A DNA stretch of 64,000 nt. Origin: Azolla caroliniana. Taxonomy: Eukaryota > Plantae > Polypodiophyta. Positions within the stretch are counted from its first letter, which is position 1; each line of letters opens with the position of its first letter. Under the pieces are notes generated by a model that saw only the letters and a program-made list of their open reading frames with translations, did no database searches and had not been told where the DNA came from. Location of the stretch: positions 20,770,001 to 20,834,000 of the forward strand of contig JBHGNT010000003.1 of the NCBI GenBank assembly GCA_043228905.1. The letters are read 5' to 3'. Of this stretch, positions 52,689 through 64,000 are shown in pieces. The translations under genes and the position numbers were made by a program.

Positions 52689-54977
52689 TCATTGTCCAAG
52701 ACCAACTCGTCTATTCATAACTTCCATCCTCAATCTCTCAATATATTTTGCTTCATCATCCATATCCGCATCTGAATAGATGTTGAACATACAAAGATAG
52801 GCTGCATCATCTCCTTCATCCAGTTGCACTGCTTCATCAAAGGCATACCTTCCGAGGGCAACATTGCCCCACTTCCTACAAGCACCAAGCAATGTATGCC
52901 AGATCATAATACCAGGATGTAATGGCATCTTCTTTATAATAGCCATTGCATTGTTCATGTGTCCAGCACGAACAATGAGATCAACCAAGCAATTATAATG
53001 ATCGAGGGTAGGTGTGAAACCATAATACTTGCTAATGATTGTGAAATACATTTGCCCTTTCCCTAACAAACCTCCATGACTATATGCATTAATGATACAA
53101 ACAAATGAGGTAGCATCGGGCTCAATGTCTTCTTGCTTCATTTTCTGAAGAATATTGAGAACCCTTGAGCTCTCCCCAAGGTGACCATATCCAGTCATTA
53201 ATGCATTGCATGAGACAATATCCCGGGATAGGAGCCGATCAAACACATCTTTTGCTGTTCCGAGCAAACCGCATTTTGCATACATAGAAACCATGGTGTT
53301 GCCAATGACCACTTCTTCTTCCAACCCTTTCTTCATAACTTCACCATGCATGTATTGGCCCTTTCCTATTGTCCCTAAATTCCCACATGCTGTTAAGCCA
53401 GAGACAAACGTAGCCTCAACTGGAGAGATGCCTGCCTCTTGCATTTGTTGAAAGCAATGAAGAGCTTTACTCGCATCTCCATATTCAGAGTATCCGGTGA
53501 TGAGCATTGTCCAAGAGATCACATCATGGATAAAGAGCCTATCAAACACTTCCTGTGCTTCTTCGAGAAGCTTAGTTTTTATGTACATATCCACCAGGGA
53601 GTTCCCCAACAAATCATCAGATTCGAGCAAACCCTTTGTGATGATATAAGAATGTAGCTTTTGTCCTTTATCTCTCGCTCCTATACTTCCACAAGCTTTT
53701 AAGCTACACGTAAGAGTAGTGGCATTTGGAGATATATGCTCACAATGCATATTTTCCAAATATCGGAGGGCTTCGTCACCATGGCCTTGCTCTACATAAG
53801 CTCCGATGATTACATTGAATGACACCACATTCCTCATAACAAGTTTATCGAATACTTCTCGTGCTTCTGCTAGGGAGCCACATTTGGCATACATGTCGAC
53901 TAATGTATTACCGATCACCATGTCCCTTTCTAACCCTCTTCTAACAATTTCCAAATGTTTCTCATGTGCTCTACCTAATGCTCTGAGAATTCCAGAGGAA
54001 ATCAAACCACATATAAACGTGACAGGGGTTGGCAAGATGCCTTTGTTTTGCATTTTTTCCATGTGAAAAAGTGCCTCTTCACAGCGTTGGTGCTCAACGT
54101 AGCCTGTTATAAGGGCAGTCCATGTAATCACATTGCAACAAATGGGTTGTTGGTTATCAAATACATATTGTGCTTCTTCAAGTGCACCACATTTCACAAG
54201 CATATCAACCAAAGCACTTTTGAGAAACACATCTTTCTCTAGCAACCCATTCTTGACTACCCTTCCGTGCATATTTCTTCCCTCATCGAGGTTTCTTAGC
54301 TTACTACAAGCTTTAAAGATGCACACATACATAAATGCATCTGGAACAATACCCTCACTTTGCATTGCTTCAAAAGAATTCAGTGCTTCATCATTGAATC
54401 CATAATCTACATATCCAGTGACTAATGTTGTCCACGAGACTATATCTCTCTTGGGTAGATATTTGAACACACTTTCTGCACTTTTAAGACAGCCACATTT
54501 CATATACATGTTCATCACAGTGCATCCAACGAAAGGGTTCCTATCAAGAAATCCTTTTCTGATAATATCAGCGTGTATGAGGAGGCCTTTTCCTAGGTCT
54601 TTGACCTCAATGCACACCTTTAGTAAGTCCACGACAGTGTATTCAGAAACACATACGGACTTTTCAGCCAAAGCCAGATCTGGCTTACTACAAATTGTAT
54701 AACCATTGATACCACAATTGGTATCACCATCGATATGAGGATTCCCCGTGCATGAATGATGAGAGTGTGTAATTCTCTCAAAGCGATGATGGGCACAACG
54801 CATGATTCCAAAGTCCATGAATGTGCATAAAAGTGACCTTTGCAATGAAGGGTTTGATTTGAACCCATGACATTGCAAATATTGATAGAAATGTAAAAAA
54901 CAAGAGAGGATTTTCTCATTCCTACACTTTTGCAAAGTGCATTCAAGGTATTTGGCAGGAGGCCTGACAAAAAACAT
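52689..54977 (-). CDS. PLS-class pentatricopeptide repeat protein with E domains and no DYW domain (putative organellar RNA-editing factor)
   Basis: 762-aa ORF with repeated NTLVDMYAKCG / SWTTLVTGY motifs and an E-domain IWHTLLGACRKWGN; the true start may lie in an upstream exon. Confidence 0.92.
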   Translation of the reverse strand: MFFVRPPAKYLECTLQKCRNEKILSCFLHFYQYLQCHGFKSNPSLQRSLLCTFMDFGIMRCAHHRFERITHSHHSCTGNPHIDGDTNCGINGYTICSKPDLALAEKSVCVSEYTVVDLLKVCIEVKDLGKGLLIHADIIRKGFLDRNPFVGCTVMNMYMKCGCLKSAESVFKYLPKRDIVSWTTLVTGYVDYGFNDEALNSFEAMQSEGIVPDAFMYVCIFKACSKLRNLDEGRNMHGRVVKNGLLEKDVFLKSALVDMLVKCGALEEAQYVFDNQQPICCNVITWTALITGYVEHQRCEEALFHMEKMQNKGILPTPVTFICGLISSGILRALGRAHEKHLEIVRRGLERDMVIGNTLVDMYAKCGSLAEAREVFDKLVMRNVVSFNVIIGAYVEQGHGDEALRYLENMHCEHISPNATTLTCSLKACGSIGARDKGQKLHSYIITKGLLESDDLLGNSLVDMYIKTKLLEEAQEVFDRLFIHDVISWTMLITGYSEYGDASKALHCFQQMQEAGISPVEATFVSGLTACGNLGTIGKGQYMHGEVMKKGLEEEVVIGNTMVSMYAKCGLLGTAKDVFDRLLSRDIVSCNALMTGYGHLGESSRVLNILQKMKQEDIEPDATSFVCIINAYSHGGLLGKGQMYFTIISKYYGFTPTLDHYNCLVDLIVRAGHMNNAMAIIKKMPLHPGIMIWHTLLGACRKWGNVALGRYAFDEAVQLDEGDDAAYLCMFNIYSDADMDDEAKYIERLRMEVMNRRVGLGQ

Positions 54978-56676
54978 ATCTTCTTTGTGCTAATCCTAAT
55001 TTCCATTTCTTCAAAGTTTTAATCAATTAAGAGACACCCATTTGAATTTGAGGTTAAGTTAAGCTTCTTGAAGACATATTTCTAATTACCATTTCTGAAA
55101 GCTTTCCATCTATCTGACATATAACCATTTGTAGCTAAGATCTTTGATATTTTGGGTTTAGGTTATACCTTCCTGATGCTAACCCTATTTATTATTTATG
55201 TCATATTTCAAATGAATAGGACTATAGCTCATTTATATGCTTACGATCTTTCATATCATGGATTTAGGTTGGACGTGGTCCATTCTAACTCTTACTGTCT
55301 TTTCTTCCAAGTTTCAATACAATTGAGGTAACACTTGTTTGTAGATAACAATCTCAGATATCTTGGGCTAGGTTAGTCCTGCTTCTGGCTATTTGCTATT
55401 TCTCTTCGAGCTTCCGAAGAATTGAGATATAAGATATTTCAAGAAAGCTCCCAGGCGTATTTGGTTTAGAAATTAGATTTAGACTTTCTGGTGGGGAAAC
55501 CTTCATTTATGCAGAGTTTCAATCGATTGAGAGATATTCCATTTCTGCTTACATTATCTCTGGTGCATTGGGATTCAAACTGGAGCTTCTTGGGGCAAAC
55601 CATACAAATTCCAAGAAGAGCAGGGTGTGTGAAAGATACTGGGATATGAAACCATACCTTGATTGAGGGAGAAACCCTAATCGCCATACCTGTAGAGCTT
55701 TCAAACATTAGGTTAAGGTCATGGGTTCAAGACCCAGCATCCTGAGGGAGAAGAAGTTAGGAGTGTGTGATCTTCTTTTCTTCATTATTTTCTTCTTTTA
55801 TTGGGAGTCCATTGGTTCAGAAGTTGAGATATCATTGTTTCTTATCAATCCTAAAGGAAGGAAGTCCCGTGTGTCCCCATCGCTCTTCGAGTCCACATTC
55901 GGTATACATACATACATATTGTGTTCTCTTTATGGTTCCTACCTAAGGAAGCCACGTCTCCTTTTTAAGTTTATTGTTCCTACTGATCTTTGTCTCTGCC
56001 GACGATCACCATTGTTCCCCGTCGTTTCTTACCGGTCTTATCGTGCTTACTTACTGACCCAATTTCTAGGGGGAGCGGGGGGAAAAAAGAATCCTCTTAA
56101 AATATTCTCCTTTTCGCTTTGGCGTATCGCGCAACTATTTTATGCACATGACCAATGGTGGTCTAAATCCGTATATGTTTTGGTAAGATACCCATTGGTG
56201 TCTCCCGCACGAGTTCCCTCGGGCCTCTCGAGGGCATTTGGCCTCTCCTGCAAGTCCCCTAGGGCCCTTGGGCTTCTCCCGCGCGAGTCCCCTAGGGCCC
56301 CATCCCTCTCTTCGGAAACTGTGATGCACACGTCGAGAGAACATATGTATAGAATCGATGAATGAATGATGGCTCCCAAGGACACGATACGATACGTATG
56401 CAACCAATGTTATATAACTTATTATGTACATATATGGGTTCTTCTTTGTCTTCTGAGTTCTTTTCCTTTAAGCACAGAACAAAACATATATATATGTATT
56501 AGATCTCACACTCTCATTCATTTCTTTACATGGCCATGCCATCAATGATCATATCATAATTCATTATCTCCATGTAAATGTTTGTGAGGCCCTCTCTCTC
56601 TCTCTCTCTCTCTCTCTCATACACTCATAGAATACATACTTGTAGGGGGTACAGAAGAAGAAGAAGAAGAAGAAGA

Positions 56677-59172
56677 ATGGCTCTGGCTATGGCTGCCTTC
56701 TCTGTTTGTAAGGTCATCATCCCATCTCCATCCACCTCCTCCTGCCCACATCTCCACCTCAGCTTCCTCAGAGCCAATGGCCTCTCTCCTTCTTCTCCCT
56801 TCTTCTCCCTTCCAAGAAGCTCAAGCTACAACAGTAGCAACCACATTCAGAAACCATCATCCGATTCGGTTGTAACCCTCTGTAGCTCAGAGGAGATCTC
56901 TGTTGCTTCATCATCATCGTCTGCTCAGAAAGTAGAAGAAGAAAAAGAAGATGGAAGGAACAGTTGGGTCCCTGTTATTCCTCTATCTGCTCTTCCCAAA
57001 GGAGAGCGAAGGCTTGTAAGGCAAGATGGAGAGGATGTGCTTCTTTTGTGGTATAAGAATGAGATCATTGCGATTGAGAACAACTCGCCCGCCGAAGGAG
57101 CTTACACAGAAGGATTTATTAATGCCAAGCTTACTCAGGTATAGCTTACTAATTCCTTCTATATATTCACATAGATGTAACAAATGTCCATATTTTGTAT
57201 GCATATACTATGTATACGTATACCCATACACATACACAATTCCGTATACATTGTACCAGATATGGGTACTATATACCATATGCAAGTACTGTATGATGAA
57301 GGAATCGGCAATGGTTTCACTACTTCACTTATTGAATGTACGATTTCATTACATATACATGGGCCAAATACGAGATCAGGATCTATTGCATTATTTATAA
57401 TGTTGGAATGATGGATTCGATCTCTTTGGGTGTTTATATGATGTATTCAATCAACAAAAGGGATTTGTTGTATTGTGCCACATTCCTTTTTTATCTTCTT
57501 TGCGAATCCATAGGCATGATTGTGCAGGACAGCACCTTGACCGAATATGTTTTGTATATCACAGTGCATAGGTTTCCATAACCATGCCTGTGTTGTTGCA
57601 GTTTTGGATACATAAAAGAATAGAAGGATCAATTGAAACTTTAATGAATAAATGGGCCAGATATTGGCCCATCAATTTATGGAAGGCCCTGTGGAAGCAC
57701 ACAGTATGGATGCCTATGGTCTGAATGTAGAGGCCAGGATTACATGGTCATATAATGGTAGTTAACCTTTATATAACCACGTTGTAACTGTAGACTCGTG
57801 GGTGACCATGTGGATGGACACAATCTAAATAACTAAATTTGGATGTAGATCTAGGGCGACATTGTCACATAATGGTAGCTAGACATTTATATAACCATGA
57901 AACCCTAGGTTTGTGATATGACCGCAGATCTCTAGGTAGTGATTTGAAACCACAGTATAAAGTTAAAACCCACAAAAGAATGGTTAATTGCAGAAAAATA
58001 CTATGTGGACAAGATGGTGTTTAAAGCACTCAAAAAGAAATTGTTTATTGGAATATCAGTACTCTTAGAGCAACATTTATTATACAATCAATTATCATAA
58101 GAGGTTGTTATTTGTCTAAGTGATTTTGGTTAAAGAACATGTTGAACACACATTGACAATGGGTTAATTTAAAAGTAGATGGTTATTGTGTCCAAAATTT
58201 TTGCCTCTCCTTGAAAGAACCCAAGTTTGATCCTTACCATGGGTTTGACCCATCCTATGGATCATATTTCTGTCTCCCATGGATGTTGATAATCTATCTA
58301 TCTATCTATCTATCTTGCAGGATGGATGCATTATTTGCCCTTCTACAGACAGCATATTTGACCTTAAAACTGGAGAAATTAAGGAGTGGTTTCCTTCCAA
58401 CCCAGTTCTAAGGATACTTACACCACCCTTGAGAAATATGACTATCTATCCCGTGAAAGTGGATTCTGAGTTTATATATATCAACACACAAATCTCGAAA
58501 TCAGGAGAATCGGCTGAGATCATATTTCGTGAACGGGTGCAAGCAGGCAGAACTGTATCGAGTGTCGAAGTTGATGAGGTATAAAACCTTTCTTTTCTTT
58601 TCTATTAACTAATGTAAGCTCTTATGAAATGTTTACAAACTCCAGCATAAAATGGTGATGTTCTTTTTAACACTTCATTTTTCTTCATAGAGAGAAGCAC
58701 AGGAGTACCCCCTACTAACTTAACTATTCTCCAGAATAGAACTATACTCTTCAAGCTTTTACCAGAATGCTTACTCTGTAGTAGTAAATTTCGTACTACA
58801 TAGGAGTATTCTGGTAAGTTTTTATAAAGTGATTGGTGGTTTTTGGATGGAAACTTTTCCCTTATATTCCTCGACTGAAATGCTTTTGTAATTCTTATTC
58901 TTCCGATATGACATATGTGTGAATGAATGCATCTCATGGTTCTATTTAACTGACTTTTTTGAACTCCACAGGTTAGGATGGTGGTTGATGAAGAGATGGT
59001 ATCGTTTGGGTTTACAACTGATAACGAGATCACGAATGGAAGGTCCGCTATGGTGGGCTTCACTTTCCTTCTCATCTTTGAGCTACTCACTAGTAAAGGT
59101 TTCCTCAAAGGAACGGGATTTCTTGATTTCCTTTATCAATATCTAACTGACTTCCCTATCCTGAAGTACTGA
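56677..59172 (+). CDS. PSB33: PSB33/LIL8 (TEF5-like) thylakoid Rieske-like and LHC-motif protein
   Basis: Ser-rich transit peptide, Rieske-fold region ENNSPAEGAY..GCIICPSTDS and C-terminal NEITNGRSAMVGF motif; exons 56677-57138, 58321-58578, 58972-59172. Confidence 0.88.
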
Positions 59173-60469
59173 TTCACTCATACAAAACTCATTGTATACT
59201 ATCATCTCTTTCATCATCACTCAAACAGTCTCTCTTTCAATAAAGTGTGAACTCGGGACGACTTTGTATGATTGTAACTTCAATTCTACATGGTTTCATC
59301 TTGTAAATTATGTTGTTTTGATGAGACCTCCTAAGCCATGTGGATAAATGTAAAATCACAGATTTATCTTCCCATTGGATGTTTTCATTTGGTTTGTCCT
59401 CAGTCATCATTGTATTAACAACAAACTTGTTTTGCCCATGAATTTTATAACGTCATTTTCAGCATTTAGCTGACTTTTACACACAACTGGTTCATGCAAC
59501 ATCCATCATGAGCATATAAAGGTCAAGCACAAGGCCATACATACCCTTAGAAAATGTTTTTGCTATGCCAATGCTTACATTATACTGAATTTAAGGATTG
59601 TTTGAAATGTGTGTGTCGAGATTTAATTGCTTTGGATCTATACCCTAGTGCAACTTGACTTCATGGGTTCATGTTATTTTTGCACCCCTCCTATGATGAT
59701 ATATATCTCAATAAATGTAACAACCTTTTTAAGCCAAGGACAAAAAAACTGATGAGCATCATGTTCAAAAAATATATGATATTATTTTGTGTGGTTTTGA
59801 ATCTCTACAAGGAGATATTTCCCTTGTGTTTTGCACCAATAATGCTTCATTATGATTGCTGTACATATTTGCTCCAATGAAGGGCCTCTTTCGATCATGT
59901 TTGAAGACACTAAACTTGTAAGAGTTTAACACTGTGTAATATTATTTTTCAGTGTAAAGAGTACACATTTAGACCCAATGCCTATTTCTATGCCAAGCTT
60001 TGGTTTTATATAGTCCATTGATAATATACGACAACCACACGATCAACACGCAGATGAAAAAAATTATTCAAAAAATCAAAGCAGATCATATGATTTATTG
60101 TATACACTCTATCTAATCATATATGTGTATGATGATATCCATTCATTTTTCTCCAAAAAACAAACTTCTCAGTTGTTTGTTGCAAAGGAGTTAGAAATGG
60201 TATAAATAACTCCATTTGAGCTGGGCTCCACAAATGAGACCCTCCTTACGCTGATAAACCATCACTAGGAAGCATTCACAGTGCCTCAAATATAGTAAAC
60301 GACCCACATACTTCAGACTTGAAGAGCAATGGTTATCCACAAACTTGAGTATCAAAGAGTACTAGTTTTCCACTTGTGCATGTCGAGGAGGAATTGTTTT
60401 CCATGTCTTGAAGAGCTATTGCTTTCCACATTCTTATTGGGTCTCAAAAGAAAAGATATTTATACTGAT

Positions 60470-62298
60470 TCATTTCCCTTCAGTTTTTCCTTCTTCAGCT
60501 AGCTCCTTTACATGGGCAGCATGCCTCTTCCCTAGCAAGTGGGCATCTAGGTTATGTTGGCTTGTACAAGACACGTTGCAAATCTCACACCTTGGAAAAC
60601 CCTCTTTTACAATGGCTTTTACCACATTCGGCCTCTCTGGTAAGATTGAGGATACTTTTACCCTTTTCGCACTTCTCTTGGCTTCTTCCCGACCTTTGAT
60701 TTTCTCATTGTTCGGTCTCTTATTATTCGGCATAGCTTTCACTCTTTCTTTCGTGGAGGCATCCTTTGCAGACTTTTGAGGTCTGGTTAGCTTCTCTATG
60801 TGTTCCTTCCCAACGAAATGTGTAGCTGAGGTTGGTTGCAGCAGCACTTCTTGCTTCTGGAATTTGAGGTTCTATGTATGATCACATGCAAAGAAAAACA
60901 ATGGTTATCCTCATAAACTTGAGTTATTCAGTGTCAAATAACATGCTTTTACCACTACGTAAGAACCTCATGATAAAATTAAATGGTGTTCTGACAGGGA
61001 AACAAAAATAGCACCATAAGGTGACATGCACTATTTTCTTAGTGTAAAGCCATACTTACACAAAAAGCTAACCATTAGGACTTAGTTTAATTATCAGTTT
61101 GTTTCGTTATAAACTCATGAGTTATATCAACTCCCCTTAGAATAACTTATCCCTTGATTCATGTTTAAGCCATTCATGAGCTTGATGCCACACTCAAAGC
61201 TAACCCTGATAGTTTATTTTAACCTATCAATTTACTTTGCAATAAACCCATTTGTCATGATTTTTAAATCCGATGAAAAACCATAAAACCTATTCTTTTG
61301 AATAACACCATTTAATCTTTTGAACTCACCCTGGACTGTGGACCAACTACTGCTTTCTTGCAGATACCACCTTGATCAAACAAAGGGTGTTCCAAATCGC
61401 CGCCTAATGTATGCACCATTCTCGGCAACGATCTATTATTTCCGGAAGATAAAACATGATGACTTCGATGAAGAGTGTTCTCTCTATCTCGGGCAATCTC
61501 CAATGTCAAAGAAGAAGAAGGAAACCCACTCTCTTTACCAATAACACAGAGGTCTCTGGGGAGCAAATTGGAACAACGCCTAGCCATACCATCACCATTG
61601 ACTCCCAATCGATGCAGATTTTCCAGTTCAAGATTCCGTAGATTCTCAAGCCTCGCCCTGGTATTGAGACTCTGTAGATTCTCCATAGAATCCACCCTAT
61701 GATAGGTGGGTCCTGATCGGAGGGGATTTGCCATACCCAGATTCTGCTGATTCTGAATCATCGACAAACTATTGATGTTTTGGAGATTTGGCATATGATT
61801 CCCCCTTCGCTCTTCAGGTTCCCAACAGTGGCGGTTTATCGAATCACGATTTGGTACATTGGGAAGATTCTGTGGATTTTGAATTCTCGCTATGGTCTCA
61901 AGATTATGTAGATTCCCCATAGGAACCATCCTTCCGTCACTCACGGAATCTAAATTTTGTGGTTTGCGAATCCTGGCATTCGCATCTAGTCTCCGACGAT
62001 TTTGCAAAGAAACCATTCTGGCTTCTGGGAAACCACTCCTTCCTGCAAAAGCCGTCCTAGCTCTGTTTTGAGGCAAAGGCTCACGATTAGCAGGGGAAAT
62101 GGAATGATTGGGAAGAAGCGGTAAAGAAGTCGCGCCTTCTAGGGATTCGACTGTGTAGAAAGACTGTCCAGAAGAGAGGCTCGAGTGGGAAATAGGGTTA
62201 AGGCTAGGGTTAGTTCGTCCAAATGGGTCTCTGTTGTTTCTAGCGATGGCGCGTATGTAGGATGGGTGAAGCGGATCGAAGGGTCGCTGAGGATCCAT
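60470..62298 (-). CDS. U1/matrin-type C2H2 zinc-finger protein with a long N/Q/R-rich disordered N-terminus
   Basis: Exon 62298-61330 splices in frame to 60871-60470; CEICNVSCTSQHNLDAHLLGKRH motif; (GA)n 5' UTR. Confidence 0.75.
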
Positions 62299-62313
62299 GG
62301 AGATACAATACAC

Positions 62314-62357
<44 letters not shown>

Positions 62358-62816
62358 CTGCCTCTGCCTCTGCGCGGATCTGCGCTAGGCCAGAAAACCT
62401 AACCCTAAAAACAGAGCAGGATGAAGAGAGAAATCCTGATGAATAAAGAGAAAAAAAAGCAGGAGAGAAGAGAAACAGAGGAGAGTGGGAGTCCAAGTTT
62501 TCCAAAATCTCCAAACATACCCCTGCCAAGGATTTCAAAATTCCCAAGCTAAAATTTGCCCCTCTTATCTTTCTCCCTTGGTTAAATAATTGCATATTAT
62601 ACTTATCTTTGCTAATTAGGTACTAATTATATGTGTAACTAGCCCTAATTATCTAAGTGATTCTTAATCATGTTGTTGTATGTGGCCTGTGAGGAGGGAG
62701 GAAATTTTCTAGAACCCAAGTTATATAATACGTTGACAGAACAACTAAAATGAACTAACGGTGTCGTGAAGATTTTCGGCAACGGTGAGAAAAAGTGAAG
62801 AAAAGGGGAATGAGTG

Positions 62817-62848
<32 letters not shown>

Positions 62849-63224
62849 GAATTTGTCAGCAACATAGTGGTTAGAACTTAGGGCCATTGAGTGGGTTCAA
62901 AAGGGTGCAAATTTTGAGTCTTTATCAATGTGAATCAAGGGTGTTTTATTCCTTTTTCTTTGAAAGGAAGGAGGGAATAATTATTCAAATTCCAAAGGTA
63001 GGCTTATCATCTCTATATAATGGGGAAACAAGAGCTTTTTTAGAGGTCGCCCAAATTTTTGAGAGGAGGGTGTACCAATTAGTTCTAGGTTTTCCTCTTT
63101 TTCTTTAGGGTTTGGCTATCGCCTCATTTCGGAACTTGAGGTGTACCTTTAGGTTAGGGTTCCTCTTCATCTGAGGGTTTTCTACTTAGTTCTTCTTCAC
63201 CCTACTTCGTTTTAGGGTTTTGTT

Positions 63225-63490
63225 CTAGGTCTTTTTCTTCATCTTCATGTGGTCATTTAAGTTTCTTCTCTCTACTTTCGATGTAGGGTTTCGGTTTTCT
63301 TCACGTGAGTTAGGGTTCACGAGTCTTGGGTTTTTGGGTTTTACCTTCTTCTTGGTTGAGTTAGGGGTTTTCTTCATATGGTCGTTTAGGTTTCTTCTGG
63401 CGTAGGGTTTTGGTATTCTTCGCATGAGTTAGGGTTCACGAGTCTTGGGGTTTTGGGTTTTACCTTCTTCTTGGTTGAGTTCGGGGTTTG
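63225..63490. repeat. ~120 bp tandem repeat rich in TTAGGGTT telomere-like motifs
   Basis: TGAGTTAGGGTTCACGAGTCTTGGG...CTTGGTTGAGTT at 63306 and 63426. Confidence 0.8.
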
Positions 63491-63625
63491 GTTTGAGGTT
63501 TTCTGCAATGGTGGCTCTTTCGACATTTCAGTGGCGGTCTCCTCGGAGGTTCAGGCGTCCTGTCCACGATGGAGTGTGTTTCAATGCAGTGGTTGGTTTC
63601 AACAACAACGGGTTAACTTGGTGGC

Positions 63626-64000
63626 TTGTCGTCGAAGGGAAACTTGTATGGGGCATGTCCTAATATCCCCATCACGATAGGCGATGTCGAGATAGATCAA
63701 CATTTTTTTGTTCAAGATTCGGCGTCCCATCCTATCATTCTTGGGCAACCGTACATAACATCATCTCGGATGGAAACCAAAGTGTTCGACAATGGTGCAG
63801 CATTTGCTCAAGTAAGGAGTCTTGATGGGAAGAAGGTCGTACACTTCTTGACTGTACGTGCCAACCACAAAAGGATTTGGGATTGTCTCGGAGAAGAGGA
63901 TTCGGATTTTTAGGATGGGCTATTTGCAAGAGGGGGGTGAATAGTCCAAACAAGTGTATGCCCCAAGAAGATAGAAAAGCTCGTGAATTTGCGAAAGGAG
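63626..64000 (+). mobile_element. Ty3/gypsy-like LTR retrotransposon fragment (C-terminal half of a retropepsin-like region)
   Basis: GACPNIPITIGDV..HFFVQ..PIILGQPY resembles the C-terminal half of a retroviral-type aspartic protease (ILG motif); the catalytic DxG half is not seen. Confidence 0.6.

Noticed and set aside
52689-52900. PPR protein lacking a DYW domain
   Set aside because: E-class PLS proteins are common, so this is not unusual
55721-56365. 214-aa ORF between PPR and PSB33
   Set aside because: No recognisable domain; it spans low-complexity and repeat-like DNA
57070-58360. Rieske domain lacking Cys/His ligands as a novelty
   Set aside because: This is an established property of PSB33/LIL8/TEF5
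62299-62595. N-terminal extension of the 427-aa ORF (AEAEAERERERE)
   Set aside because: It translates a (GA)n microsatellite 5' UTR and promoter; the likely start is MDPQRPF at 62298

Overview
Eukaryotic nuclear DNA from a land plant with flagellated sperm. A fern is likely (inference from an axonemal dynein, a PLS-E PPR gene, PSB33 and the retroelement types). Seven spliced genes lie in strictly alternating orientation: an inner-arm-type axonemal dynein heavy chain (minus strand, at least 28 GT-AG exons, running off the left edge), thioredoxin h, an FGGY carbohydrate kinase, DCP5/LSM14, a PPR protein, PSB33/LIL8 and a U1/matrin-type zinc-finger protein. A Ty3/gypsy-like fragment follows at the right edge. 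The most unusual content is one non-LTR retrotransposon family with about 18 copies, 17 of them in dynein introns. Its protein has RT, a CCHC knuckle, a canonical PCNA-binding PIP box (QRTITTFF) and a conserved basic C-terminal extension. The long copies all begin near the same point and show no endonuclease. The 3' UTR is structured and ends in (CTTT)n, and copies stack head-to-tail. All calls were made by eye without database searches, and boundaries of degenerate repeats are approximate.
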